Assembly (NCBI GenBank): GCA_002633005.1
Contig: NMRA01000260.1
Location: 475,649-539,648 of the forward strand
Length of the DNA stretch: 64,000 nucleotides
Reading direction: 5' to 3'
Source of the DNA: Phoronis australis
Lineage: Eukaryota; Animalia; Phoronida
Made by a program: the position numbers and the translations under genes
Shown: one piece after another, positions 39,301 to 53,185 of the stretch
Layout: the number at the start of each line of letters is the position of its first letter
How positions within the stretch are numbered: position 1 is the stretch's first letter
Notes under the pieces: generated by a model
The model's input: only the letters and a program-made list of their open reading frames with translations
Database searches by the model: none
Told to the model about the DNA's origin: nothing

Positions 39301-42300
39301 CGCGCATGTGGTGAAATCTTTGTTATACCTGTGCCCTGACCCCCTAACTCTAAACCCTGGATCGGCTCCTGCTTTATATCAACATTTGCTATAATGCCTA
39401 CCATGCAGTGCATTGACAGTTAATGGGTATACATGTATTTCTTGTACGGTTGCTGAGAAACAAATTTTGTTGGATGTAATAGTCTTTTCCTGAATTTATT
39501 ATCTTTGACCAGAGCTACAAAACTTCTCAAGCAGCAATGTCTTCCTGATAAAGCTAACACCGCCAAATGAAATAACCCTTTTTGAAAAGGATTCCAATCA
39601 TTAGTTAAATTAGAGGCCGGTTTTCGGCAACCCATGTGAATTTTACAGTTTGCCAGATGCGCCTTTTTCGGAGATCCTCATACATGTACCTCTGGTAAAT
39701 GTGTGGAATGCACAGACCAAAATGCAAAATGTGGCATTTAAAAATCAACATTAATTTAGAACAGCGGCTCTCCTTATAATCAATACTATTTCCTACACTT
39801 AGAATGCTCTGCCACTTAGTGAGTGAGATCTCGCTCCGCCAACAGAGCGTTCGGCTGCCACAGCGAAGGTTCCGGTTATAAATCCAAACTTGGGTTGGTC
39901 GCAAAATTTACTGTTCAGTCATTGTCACTTGTAGTACTTAGCATGTTTACTTTTTCCATTTTTAGAAAAGGGGGCAGTGTTTAAAATCCATTATTATTGA
40001 TTTGGAGTTGCCCAACATTGTGTAGCTCTCCAAGGTTAGAGATATTTTAACATTTATTATTCTTAAAGGTATGGTTTCAGACATGACAGCTTTAAAAGCG
40101 TTTGGCGATTATGATTATTCAACAGTTTAGCAACACAGCAAAGCTTTTAGTCATAGTCATATTATAATATTGAAGTGCTCTAACAATAAAGCTTGGTCAC
40201 GCACTGCATGGCAAATGACGTAATTCATTTCCTCGTGGTACAATACGTAGATTGTGAACTAAGCAATTTCATTGCTCGTTATGAATGCCATTTCAACTCA
40301 GCTGACTCCGTGAAATAAAAACCTTGATCGCAACCAACTTGAAATAAATGGTTGCTTGTTTCATGGTCGTGTTCGATAATCCAGTTACGCTGTACAATAA
40401 ACAGGAGTTTGAAAAGTATAACAAAGCGGGTCTTGAGATTTATTTTAACGTTTTCTACTCCGTCCCTATTCATTTTCATGTCCAGTCTCTGTAGCTTTGA
40501 AAATGAAATCAAGGTCACAAATTCGATTTCGTTTTGCTTTGCCTACATGTACAATTTGGTACAAAATATGAACAGAATATAGAGGTTCCTTCTTACGATA
40601 TCGCTTCACCAACATTTCCAAATCAAAACTGTTAAAGGAGTGCGAGACACAGTTTCAATTAATCGTTCAATTTTCAAAAAATATTTTGACTTTTACGGTT
40701 TTACCTATTATGTTGCTGCAAAAAGTGTGTGGGTCACCAAACTTGTTCTTCTGTTAAAACCGTCTAAACACACGAAGGCACCTCAGGTGAAATTGAAATC
40801 CACATGGGTAACTGAAAGCCACCACTAGTTAAAGACATTTATCAAACTGTATTCATAGAAACTGGCCGTTTTTACATTTTACATAAATCTAGCAAAATAC
40901 ATTATCTTCATCATCTCGGGAAACTTCAAATAGGAAATATATACAGTATAGCGAAAAAAAAAGATTTAATAGAGCCACCTGTCGGGTCTTCAAAGGTGAA
41001 GGTCACCAAATCAGTTTTCTGGTTACAACGCCTAAACACGCGGTGGTAAAAAATGATTGTGTGACCCGATGTCAATTTTTAATTAACAGCTTCAATATTT
41101 CCCGATTTATAAACTTACGCCGCCGTCAGTAATATAAGTCAGTAGTTAACATTTTACTTTAATTTGCCAATACTTCGAATTTCAACGTTTTGGCATTTAC
41201 ACAGAAAGCGTCGCCGTTGAATTGTTTTCTTTAATCTTTATTTTTGGTACCCTAATTTTTGCTAAGGGATAAAAACAATTTGAGTGTCACTGGCTACTTA
41301 AACAGCGTAACATGATAAACTCACCAAGCTTACGTTCACATCCCACTGTATTTTTTTGGATTGTAACAATGTAATTGTCGGCGTGAATCAACAAAAATGC
41401 GAAGTTTGTTTGTTTCATAAATTCAAATTTACCGTTTTATCTCAAATTAAGACACATAACGTCTAGTCCAGTTTTGTTAAGCCTATTCGCATGTTTATAG
41501 TGATTTCATTGTGAAATTTGGCACCGCACTATATTTGCTTGTTCAGTGTGACGTAGTTTTGACGTCTTGCACCAATCAAATGAATTTAAAATCCCAACGT
41601 TAGAAGCGATAATATTAATTATGCCACGTTTGCGAAAAACATTAATCCTAATTTCAGCTCCCCAGGAACAAACTATGGGTGCGACCGTTGTCGGAGCACA
41701 ATGATTAATCTAAACACATAATTTGGCAAATATTTCGTGTTAAATTGCCGCCCCCCTCCCCTGTGGTCACCCAAACTGGACAAAATATTCAAGACCTGCA
41801 ATTTTTTTAAAATGTAATTTGACTGTGCATTTCAATTCCAATTTGTGCATCCAAATCTCGTAATATCAGTGCCATATACGTCACCGTTAATCATCCGAAG
41901 TATTTCAAGCCTCACTAACAAAACCTCAGCACACAATTAACGTTTTTCAAATTACGTAAGTTTTCGTCACGATGATTGCACCTAATATTAGGGAGTATAA
42001 CTTGCACTCTGGACAGTCTTTCTTACGTACCAGTTCCGACATTTCTCGCAGCCCGATATCTAAGGTTACGTTCACAGCATCTTGGAAAGTATCTGTGGGT
42101 CGAGTTGACGTTTCATAGCCTTCCAGAATCTTCTTCGTCAATTCCTTGTCAAGAGTGTTGACACTCAAAGCCACTAAAACGGAGGGTTAAAATATTTTAA
42201 CCAAGGGATTGGTTGTCAGGAAACAACACAAAGTAGACTACATAACTGAACATTTAATGCCGTTCACCACAGATATTTGGGGTTTCAATCAACAGCACGG

Positions 42301-45300
42301 ATCAAGTGTAATAAAGGGGCGGCAGGTAAACCTTTCTTAAACTTGGATTACCAATTCGCCGTTCTGATTTTTGGTTTGCGACATTTGTTGAACTTACTCG
42401 CTTGTGTTTCGATTAAAGCCTCGAAAAAATTGTACTACACAGTCCGTGCCCAGACGACAGGTTTTTCTTAACGACCAACGGAATAATTACAAGTATATTA
42501 AATCGTGATCAAAAGTGACAGCCAGTGCCAGGATCTTGGACGGGTACAAAAGTGTTGTCCTCGTGGGGCGCTTCGGCTTTATTGCCAACTGGGTTTCCTG
42601 GTTTTTATTTGAATTGTGATTTCTTATTCACATTTTTGCGTTATAGAATTGCAACCAAAATTCGTTTTAATTCAACCGACAGCACAGGGTTTGCAAAACG
42701 TGCCCGTTTATGGGCAGGGGGTTTCCGGAATTCCCCTTTGCATAGAGAGGGTGGGGTCAGTTGTTAGACTTAACGTTATTATTTCAGGATTTTCCAATTG
42801 ATAGGTCATGAATTAAAAAAGGATATCAGGGCCAGATCCAGGATTTTGATTTGGTCGGCAAGGCAGAGTATTAGCCAGAATTTTGTCCGTCAGACATCCG
42901 CACCCCTGAACTGTCGAATGGAATCTGGGAAATTTTTAGGGGACCCCCTAACCCCCCTAAATCCGCTTCTGGATATTACCCAGTGCAATTGCTTAGTGAA
43001 TTAAGTGTGGAGAATCATACAATCGTGTATTTGAGCACAGAGATAGGAGCATAATTACTAAAAACTTGTGCAAATTTTCTAAACTGGCATAAGAACTTCT
43101 CTTTCCTGATACGGTCGTTGTAGTAACGCGAACTTAGTACGCAAATATGGACAAATTCAGAGGGTGATATTAGTTTATTTGCAAGGAAGGAGAGCCTGAA
43201 GCCAAAGGCCTAAGGTAACCCTGCTCGCCCGAGGTCTATATGATCTGATATGACATAAGAATCGGTTCCTATGCGATTTATTATATTACCTCTGTCGTTC
43301 CTTTCCTCTAATTTCTATCTTTTGTTCTTACCTGCGCTGATGTATAGACATCGTCTGCTCGTCGATTGTCAGATTTAACGATTTCTACGGTTTTGATTGG
43401 CTAGATCGCAATTAGCGACATCTGACGTCAGTGTGTCTTGAATGAAAAATAATATTACCTGGTCAGGATTGGTTAATGTTACTGTTTATCGGAAGTCGTT
43501 GTACTGCGTTTTAGCCAATCAGTAGAGAAACGATCGATCTGCTGTGGCCAGTGGCTAAAGCCGTGTGAAATGTCAAACTCTACATGTACAAGCAGCCCAC
43601 AAGTTAAGGGCGGAGCCATAAACAGTGATAATGCAACACAGACTTCCAGCCATCTGAACTACTCTTGTTTGGCAATGACCGTGTTGAACTGCATGTTGTT
43701 TAGTATGTCTAATGGTATAGCCGGTGTAAAATACTAAGTGATACGTAGGCACTGAGTTTTGGCGTACAACCATACTACATGTATGTGATTGCAATATCTG
43801 GCGCCCCACTGGCTGCGCATATGGAAATTGCCTGGAACAGCAATGTAAACAGAGATTGTTTTTAAACGAATTAATGGCTAAATATACATTCCCATTAATA
43901 TGAGCGCGTGTCCGAAATAAATTTTGTTATTCTTGATGTACAAGAAAGAAGAATCGCATTCTACGCACGTTGACATAATTAAAGGGTGCACAGGGCTTTA
44001 AATTAAGTTTATCGATGTCATGAAGACGATAACGAGGACGTTTTAAACTGAAGGCACAATTTTTGTGAAAGCTTTCATTTCTTCCAGTCCTGTTTACAAA
44101 CTTGTAAAATTTCCTATTTCTTTCTACAAAGATACATTTCTCCCACCGAAAATTGTTCTCGTCAGGTATAAAGCAATGAGGCAAGCGGGTATCCGTAAGC
44201 AGGTGCTTGGTACTTCTCAGCGTACATGAGAATGTATTTTGTTTACTGATTACAGGTATAACCCTTTCAGTATTGAATGCTATATATTAGATTATCAATG
44301 TTAATATTTTGGTGTAGAAGATACATGTACAAGGCCATATCAGTTACAGTTAGTTCCTGCATTGATATATTCACACTGTCTGTAGGAACGGTTTATTTCT
44401 GGATTTTGCTGTAATATCGTTTAAGTTCATTCAATTTTGATTTTACATTTTATTTATTTTCTTAATGAACTTGTTGTTCAAAGACATTGAAAATATAACA
44501 TGTCATATACAAACTGAGGCGACCATCAGATTTGCAATGACATCGTATTCCTTCATATTATAAGCAGTCTGTACAAATAACATTTATTTTTCACCTCTCT
44601 GTTTATGCCGACTAAATATTTTCAACAAAAGACAACTCTTACAATGGTTCAGCAATTGGCACGTGGCGGCTAAAAGGCCGAAAAGGAGTGAAAAACACGC
44701 AAGCATTGGACATTAGTTGAGTCCCTATTTGGAACTGGGTCTCAGGACTGTTTGTTTAGTAGCGAGGAAGTGCGGATTTGTTGACAGAATATGGTTACAG
44801 ACAATAACCTACACCTCAGATAAATTATATTAAAAACATTGTCCAATCTGTTTTAAACAACAGTATACGCCAACTGTAATGCGACAAAATACCATTTTGC
44901 CGTCATGGCGTGTAATGACCCGTCATGACATTTACCACCACCACTACCACCACAACCAGGCGTGCGTTCAGTAGACGCTAGGACCTACGCTAGGACTTAG
45001 CTAAAATCTAGTCAAAGACACGTGTTCTCATTTAAGATACACGGCAATATCTCACGTAATCTCGCGAAGTCTTGCTTTTTAGCGAGGTCCTAGAGTTAGT
45101 GAACGGGAGGCTGTACTGCTATTTTTCATTATTCTACATGTAGCTGGAGTGAACATGAATTTCAATGGCGCTCAGCCGTCATGGCAGGAAATACCGGATC
45201 ATCTTGTCCGAATACAGTATATTTGGCGTGTAATTTACACCAAATAAAACGAAAATTGAAACGAGTACCCAAATTCTCTTTAATTTCGTGATATTCTCTA

Positions 45301-45473
45301 ATTTCATAAATTGCCTACATCGGTCTTGTATTGTTTGGGAAAAGGGAATAATATTTTAAGAAGTAAGCAATGTTGTAAGCTTAAAAGTACCAGTTAATAG
45401 GTGCATTTGGTCTTAGAGACTTACCTGTAACTAAAAGACAACATAGCCACAACGATAGGGTTATTCGAGACAT
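27327..45473 (-). CDS. Nicotinic acetylcholine receptor-like Cys-loop subunit A, non-alpha, 10 exons, 473 aa
   Basis: Exons 45473-45425, 42173-42031, 38083-38039, 36412-36303, 34988-34847, 34657-34564, 33146-33010, 31654-31486, 28830-28622, 27650-27327; all GT-AG, phases compatible, 1422 nt. Signal peptide, WLPDIVLYN, Cys-loop CPLDVTYFPFDKQVC, FGSW, M1-M3 with GEKI, DWRKVGMVLDR-M4; no vicinal CC. Confidence 0.95.
31859..32057. mobile_element. About 200-bp MITE in a receptor intron
   Basis: AAACCATATTCAAGCAGTCGCCATTTT ... AAAATGGCGGCAGCTTGAATAAGGTCT imperfect TIRs. Confidence 0.6.
39062..39371 (+). mobile_element. Composite MITE copy
   Basis: Aligns end to end with 60394-60705; outer GGCGGAT TIR plus inner CATGCGCGCACCCAG TIR. 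Confidence 0.75.
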
Positions 45474-45570
45474 GTTCCTTTCGTCCGTTGATATCTGTGA
45501 TTCTGTTGCTCAGAGTTGACCTGGGATTTGCCGCTTGTAAAATAACCAAAGCCTTCTACGACATCATTAA

Positions 45571-45580
45571 ATTTATATAA
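45571..45580 (-). promoter_or_regulatory. Candidate TATA box of receptor A
   Basis: TTATATAAAT on - about 100 nt upstream of ATG 45473; AT-rich context makes this weak. Confidence 0.3.
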
Positions 45581-48500
45581 GACTCGCTTAAAGAATTGTG
45601 TAATAAATATGGGCTGCCGTTTTAAGCACATTAATCCTAGTTTTAATGCCGCCAAATCATTTGGCGTCATTGAATCTTGCCATCAATTTCCTAAAATTAA
45701 GCCAATTTTATATAAACTGAAGAGAGAGATAAAATTTTTCTGTTGGACATGTCAGTCGGCTAGAACAGCTTGTGCACAACAATTTCGAATACAAAAATGA
45801 TTTTCGGTTATCTGCCCTACCTGCCTCTCGACTTATTTGTCGCACTTTTTATGAACAACTTCATAAACATAATGTAAGTGTATAAAGGGAACCTTATTCG
45901 GGCGTTTCGTCATTCCTATTGCCGTGTCAATTCAATTGTCCGTAGATAAAATGTCCTTCTCATAAATTCTATGGTGAACGAAGATGTCATTTAGAACACG
46001 GGACACCTTGATTACTGAAGTTTTGAGACGATATCATTGTCGGGACCTGAATTATTTTGAGGAGACGACTGGGTTGAAACAATATGTACATTCAACGGTA
46101 GAAAGAATTGGTGAATGATTCTTAAGGTTGAGTGAAAAGACGTGGGCCACCATGAATTCAAGGGAAACTTTCAAAGAAATGGTATAAACGGCCATCCATA
46201 ATTGACAATCAGGAACAAATGGTTACCCCATGTTAACCTTGCCTGGTGAAATTAAAGTCTTTTATAAACTAACTGTTACGGTCAATGTTCGTAACTAATA
46301 TTATGAATGGGAACTTGGTTTTATTTCACCTAATAGACCTCTGGCCCACACTACAAAAGTGTAATAAATTACGATCAATAAAGTAGCGTTTAGTACAATA
46401 AGCTGACAACAGGATGTTGAGGGTTTAGAAATATTAAGTAGAGCGACGGAAAGCCATCGTGTTATATCCAGGGCAAAATGGACTGAGAAGGTTGCACGAT
46501 CAAAGAAAGATTTATGCAGCATAGATTCTAGTTATTTTCCAACCGCAAAGTTTTACGTATACATGTACAAAAGGCTTTGGAAGTGGTTTCAGATCAAGAA
46601 AAAGTACAAGACGTGACCTCGAAATTTTAGGAAAAACTTTATAAGCCTTTGACAGTTAGATTTGGAATTTCAATAAAGTTTTGTTCCATTTTATTCCAAA
46701 GACTCAATTAAGAGTTGGCTAAAACTGTTAAGTGTTGGTTAAGACTCTTAAGTGTTGGTTAAGACTATTAAGGCCAAGCAAAAGCAAACCAATGACATTT
46801 AAATACATGTAGGCATTTGTGAGTTTATATATACTCACCAATGCATACACGTATTTAAATGTCACTGGTTGGCAATACTTTTTAGATGGTTCTCAGCGTC
46901 CAAGTTTTTTTCGACGCGTGCGAGCTACTTAGAAAGTTCTGACTGAATACGCTGCGGCATCTGGGTCTCGGGTCTAATCATTTTACTGGAAGCCGATATT
47001 TTGAAGTGATATAAGTGTTTTTATCTCTTAATTCTATTTTGTTATGGCTACCATCAAAAGTTACGTTGGAAACATACAGCAGTAGTGAATTTTGTAATTG
47101 TTTCAAGTCACTGTTTCAAGCCTGTGTAATCGTGCAACTTATCAACAACTGGACCAATTAGTTATCCAATGAGATAACGTCAAATAAGTGTAAGCAGTGT
47201 TTATAAACTACTTTGCATGACATCGTTTTCCCATTCAGTGACTTAACCGGACGTAGGAGGTTCTGAGCGTGTGATAACATCTAGCTTCAGTCTTTGTTAA
47301 CTGCCAAGCACACACTTTTGTCTGTTAGGACAACAAGTAGGCCACTTCTTTACCAGGCGTATTCAGACCACGTGTGAACACAATCATAATGACGGAGTGG
47401 ATTGGTGTATTCGGAAAGAATAGATTGTCGTAACTTCGGTTGCAGTTGGGCGATTTTGGCGATTCAAAAGTTATAAACATGATCAAAATTTGACGAAGAT
47501 TTCAGAAATGCTATTGGTTTATGTTCAGATATGTTATAATTTAAATTTCATTTTTAACAGCACAGCCCAGTCAGGGTAGATACGATATTAGTGGAGATTA
47601 GACTAAACAATTATCGAACAAAATAGAGCTGGCCCTTCAACCATGAATGTCAGAATTGAGTTAATCAGTCTTGTAAATAATGGCTACAGGGGTAAACTTC
47701 TCAACTTGTTGTTGGGCTATATAGTCGAACAAGTTGGGAGCAACGGGAAAACGTCGTGATGCAAATTTGGAGTCTTGTTTTGGTTGGATAAGATTGATCC
47801 TTAGTTAGGTCTTTGCTGTATTTTTCACTTATTTTGCTGATAAATTTTGATCATTTTCAGATTGATGACGAAGTACATGTAGGTTATGGGAAACTGAAGG
47901 TGAAAGGGAACAGTAGGTATGTGTGCTAGATTGTTGTACCAGAACTGAGTCTTGTAAGAACACATTTGCGTGCAGCATGTCATTCGGATTTACACAGTTG
48001 TTCAGTGCTTTTGGGGAAACATTCTGTTATGAAGTGTATGACTCAATACATGTTCAGTAAAACCTTTTAATAAAAATACAAGCAAGTTGATTTGGCGTAA
48101 ATTTTAAACTGAAATAATTATATATTTTTATATAGTTTTAAGACAAGTCTATCAGTCATCGTTTTACAAAAAGAAAAGAGCCGCGACTATTCGGAGATCG
48201 CGGCCCGCCAACCCGCGATGTGTTTTCTTTTAAGCGAGAGGCATATCTCGGATTATAGTAAAATTGAATCATGGACGGCAAAAATTTAGATTTAAAATAA
48301 CATTTCCAAAACTGATTCAAAATTCCATGTTAAAGATTCTAATTTCAAAACCAAAATTCAAAATCGAAGCATGGATAGGGTTCAAAATAACAAATATAGA
48401 AAATAAATACCAATTTCAAACTTCTATGAAAATTATGTAATCCCTGAAATAGATTTCCTGTGCCCTTGTATTTCACGCGTTACTTCTAAGGACCAGGTAG

Positions 48501-48777
48501 GAATTGCGCATGTTACGTCATTAAATCAACAGCTTGGTGTTTTCTGGGCTGCCCAAATGCAATTGTTGGTGGGAGTCTCGAGCAGTGTTAATATGCTTAG
48601 AAGTAATTCGCTAATTTACTATCCCGTTGGACAAACACGCGAGTGCCATGGGTGTTATGTAATCCGTTTAATCCCCGTGTTCGCAGGCAGTCGATACAAC
48701 AGTAAGAATATAGGTCACGGAAGCCGGACCGTTATTATTTGCGAGGGAACTTACGTTTCGGCGGGCGTGAATCGAAC

Positions 48778-48826
48778 ATGTCTCGAATAATCCTGTCGCT
48801 AGGGCTCTGTTATCTCTTCATTGCAG
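48778..48826 (+). CDS. Duplicate signal-peptide exon 1 of receptor B
   Basis: MSRIILSLGLCYLFIA + G|gtatgt; differs from the 53186 copy by F>Y and T>A. Confidence 0.6.
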
Positions 48827-49850
48827 GTATGTTTTATATTGCACAAGCACCTCTCAGAAACAAGTGGATGGTTCTAGTAATGTACATTTACCCCCTTTTA
48901 TTGGTTTGAGCACTCATTTGCATTACCGTTAACATTAAATGTTAAATGTACAGGCCGTAGCAAATCAATCAAAAAAAATAATTTTCAGTACCCGATCTTT
49001 TCGTTTTCAGTAAAGATAAGGTGTTGTTTGTCACGACGATGTATATTACACGATTAATAGTGAGGGGAGTTCGGCAGTTTTAATTCATCGCTAATTTTTT
49101 NGGCCGAAAATGAGTGAAAAACACGCAAGCAGTGGACATTAGTTGAGTCCCTATTTGGAACTGGGTCTCAGGACTGTTCGTTTAGTAGTGAGGAAGTGCG
49201 GATTTGTTGACAGAATATGGTTACAGACAATAACCTACACCTCAGATAAATTATATTAAAAACATTGTCCAATCTGTTTTAAACAACAGTACACGCCAAC
49301 TGTAATGCGACAAAATACCATTTTGCCGCCATGACGTGTAATGACCCGTCATGACATTTACCACCACCACTACCACCACAACCAGGCGTGCGTTCAGTAG
49401 ACGGTAGGACCTACGCTAGGACTTAGCTAAAATCTAGTCAAAGACACGTGTCCTCATTTAAGATACACGGCAATATCTCACGTAATCTCGCGAAGTCTTG
49501 CTTTTTATCGAGGTCCTAGAGTTAGTGAACGGGAGGCTGTACTGCTATTTTTCATTATTCTACATGTAGCTGGAGTGAACATGAATTCCAAAGGCGCTCA
49601 GCCGTCATGGCAGGAAATACCGGATCATCTTGTCCGAATACAGTATATTTGGCGTGTAATTTACACCAAATAAAACGAAAATTGAAAAGAGTACCCAAAT
49701 TCTCTTTAATTTCGTGATTTCCTCTAATTTCATAAATTGCCTACATCGGTCTTGTATTGTTTGGGAAAAGGGAATAATATTTTAAGAAGTAAGCAATGTT
49801 GTAAGCTTAAAATTACCAGTCAATAGGTGCATTTTGTCTCAGAGACTTAC

Positions 49851-49899
49851 CTGTAACTAAAAGACAACATAGCCACAACGATAGGGTTGTTCGAGACAT
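49851..49899 (-). CDS. Duplicate signal-peptide exon 1 of receptor A
   Basis: MSRTTLSLWLCCLLVT + G|gtaagt; differs from the 45473 copy by I>T. Confidence 0.6.
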
Positions 49900-52800
49900 G
49901 TTCCTTTCGTCCGTTGATATATGTGATTCTGTTGCTCAGAGTTGACCTGGGATTTGCCGCTTGTAAAATAACCAAAGCCTTCTACGACATCATTAAATTA
50001 ATATAAGACTCGCTTAAAGCATTGTGTAATAAATATGGGCTGCCGTTTTAAGCACATTAATCCTAGTTTTAATGCCGCCAAATCATTTGGCGTCATTGAT
50101 TCTTGCCATCAATTTCCTAAAATTAAGCCAATTTTATATAAACTGAAGAGAGAGATAAAATTTCTCTGTTGGACATGTCAGTCGGCTAGAACAACAATTT
50201 CGAACACAAAAATGATTTGCGGATATCTGCCCTACCTGCCTCTCGACTTATTTGTCGAAGTCGCGGTCACAGTCGCACTTTTTATGAACAGTTTCATAAA
50301 CATAATGTAAGTGTATAAAGGGAACCTTATTCGGGCGTTTCGTCATTCCTGTTGCCGTGTCAATTCAATTGTCCGTAGATAAAATGTCCTTCTCATAAAT
50401 TCTATGGTGAACGAAGATGTCATTTAGAACACGGGACACCTTGATGACTGAAGTTTTGAGACGATATCATTGTCGGGACCTGAATTATTTTGAGGAGACG
50501 ACTGGGCTGAAACAATATGTACATTCAACGGTAGAAAGAATTGGTGAAATATTCTTAAGGTTGAGTGAAAAGACGTGGGCCACCATGAATTGAAGGGAAA
50601 CTTTCAAAGAAATGGTATAAACGGCCATCCATAATTGACAATCAGGAACAAATTTTTACCCCATGTTAACCTTGCCTGGTGAAATTAAAGTCATTTTTAA
50701 ACTAACTGTTACGGTCAATGCTCGTAACTAATAGTAATGAATGGGAACGTGGTTTTATTTCACCTAACAGACCTCTGGCCCACATTACAAAAGTGTAATA
50801 AATTGCGATCAATAAGGTAGCGTTTAGTACAATAAGCTGACAACAGGATATTGAAGGTTTAGAAATATTAAGTAGAGCGACGGAAAGCCATTGTGTTATA
50901 TCCAGGGCAAAATGGACTGAGAAGGTTGCACGATCAAAGAAAGATTTATGCAGCATAGATTCTAGTTATTTTCCAACCGCAAAGTTTTACGTATGCAAAA
51001 GGCTTTGGAACTGGAAAACGACACCTTGATTTCAGATCAAGAAAAAGTACAAGACGTGACCTCGAAATTTTAGGAAAAACTTTATAAGCCTTTGACAGTT
51101 AGATTTGGAATTTCAATAAAGTTTTGTTCCATTTTATTCCAAAGATTCAATTACGAGTTGGCTAAGACTGTTAAGTTTTGGTTAAGACTCTTAAGTGTTG
51201 GTTAAGACTATTAAGGCCAAGCAAAAGCAAACCAACGACATTTAAATACATGTAGGCATTTGTGAGTTTATATATACTCACCAATGCATACACATATTTT
51301 AATGTCACTGGTTGGCAATACTTTTTAGATGGTTCTCAGCGTACAAGTTTTTTCGACGCGTGCGAGCTACTTAGAAAGTTCTGACTGAATACGCAGCGGC
51401 ATCTGGGTCTCGGGTCTAATCATTTTACTGGAAGCCGATATTTTGAAGTGATATAAGTGTTTTTATCTCTTAATTCTATTTTGTTATGGCTGCCATGAAA
51501 AGTTACGTTGGAAACATACAGCAGTAGTGAATTTTGTAATTGTTTCAAGTCACTGTTTCAAGCCTGTGTAATCGTGCAACTTATCAACAACTGGACCAAT
51601 TAGTTATCCAATGAGATAACGTCAAATAAGTGTAAGCACTGTTTATAAACTACTTTGCATGACAGCGTTTTCCTATTCAGTGACTTAACCGGATGTAGGA
51701 GGTTCTGAGCGTGTGATAACATCTAGCTTCAGTCTTTGTTAACTGCCAAGCACACACTTTTGTCTGTTATGACAACAAGCAGGCCATTTCTTTACCAGGC
51801 GTATTCAGACCACGTGTGAACACAATCATAATGACGGAGTGGATTGGTTGCAGTTGGGCGATTTTGGCGATTCAAAAGTTATAAACATGATCAAAATTTG
51901 ACGAAGATTTCAGAAATGCTATTGGTTTATGTTCAGATATGTTATAATTTAAATTTCATTTTTAACAGCACAGCCCAATCAGGGTAGATACGATATTAGT
52001 GGAGATTAGACTAAACAATTATCGAACAAAATAGAGCTGGCCCTTCAACCATGAATGTCAGAATTGAGTTAATCAGTCTTGTAAATAATGGCTACAGGGG
52101 TAAACTTCTCAACTTGTTGTTGGGCTATAGAATCGAACAAGTTGGGAGCAACGGGAAAACGTCGTGATGCAAATTTGGAGTCTTGTTTTGGTTGGATAAG
52201 ATTGATCCTTAGTTAGGTCTTTGCTGTATTTTTCACTTATTTTGCTGATAAATTTTGATCATTTTCAGATTGATGACGAAGTACATGTAGGTTATGGGAA
52301 ACTGAAGGTGAAAGGGAACAGTAGGTATGTGTGCTAGATTGTTGTACCAGAACTGGGTCTTGTAAGAACACATTTGCGTGCAGCATGTCATTCGGATTTA
52401 CACAGTTGTTCAGTGCTTTTGGGGAAACATTCTGTAATGAAGTGTATGACTCAATACATGTTCAGTAAAACCTTTTAATAAAAATACAAGCAAGTTGATT
52501 TGGCGTAAATTTTAAACTGAAATATTTATATATTTTTATATAGTTTTAAGACAAGTCTATCAATCATCGTTTTACAAAAAGAAAAGAGCCGCGATTATTC
52601 GGAGATCGCGGCCCGCCAACCCGTGATGTGTTTTCTTTTAAGCGAGAGGCATATCTCGGATTATAGTAAAATTGAATCATGGACGGCAAAAATTTAGATT
52701 TAAAATAACATCTCCAAAACTGATTCAAAATTCCATGTTAAAGATTCTAATTTCAAAACCAAAATTCAAAATCGAAGCATGGATAGGGTTCAAAATAACA

Positions 52801-53185
52801 AATATAGAAAATAAATACCAATTTCAATCTTCTATGAAAATTATGTAATCCCTGAACCTGATTTCCTGTGCCCTTGTATTTCACGCGTTACTTCTAAGGA
52901 CCAGGTAGGAATTGCGCATGTTACGTCATTAAATCAACAGCTTTGTGTTTTCTGGGCTGCCCAAATGCAATTGTTGGTGGGAGTCTCGAGCACTGTTAAT
53001 ATGCTTAGAAGTAATTCGCTAATTTACTATCCCGTTGGACAAACACGCGAGTGCCATGGGTGTTATGTAATCCGTTTAATCCCCGTGTTCGCAGGCAGTC
53101 GATACAACAGTAAGAATATAGGTCGCGGAAGCCGGACCGTTATTATTTGCGAGGGAACTTACGTTTCGGCGGGCGTGAATCGAAC

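Noticed and set aside
46720-46775. Three 20-bp tandem units that could mimic a CRISPR array
   Set aside because: No spacers, eukaryotic context; ordinary minisatellite.
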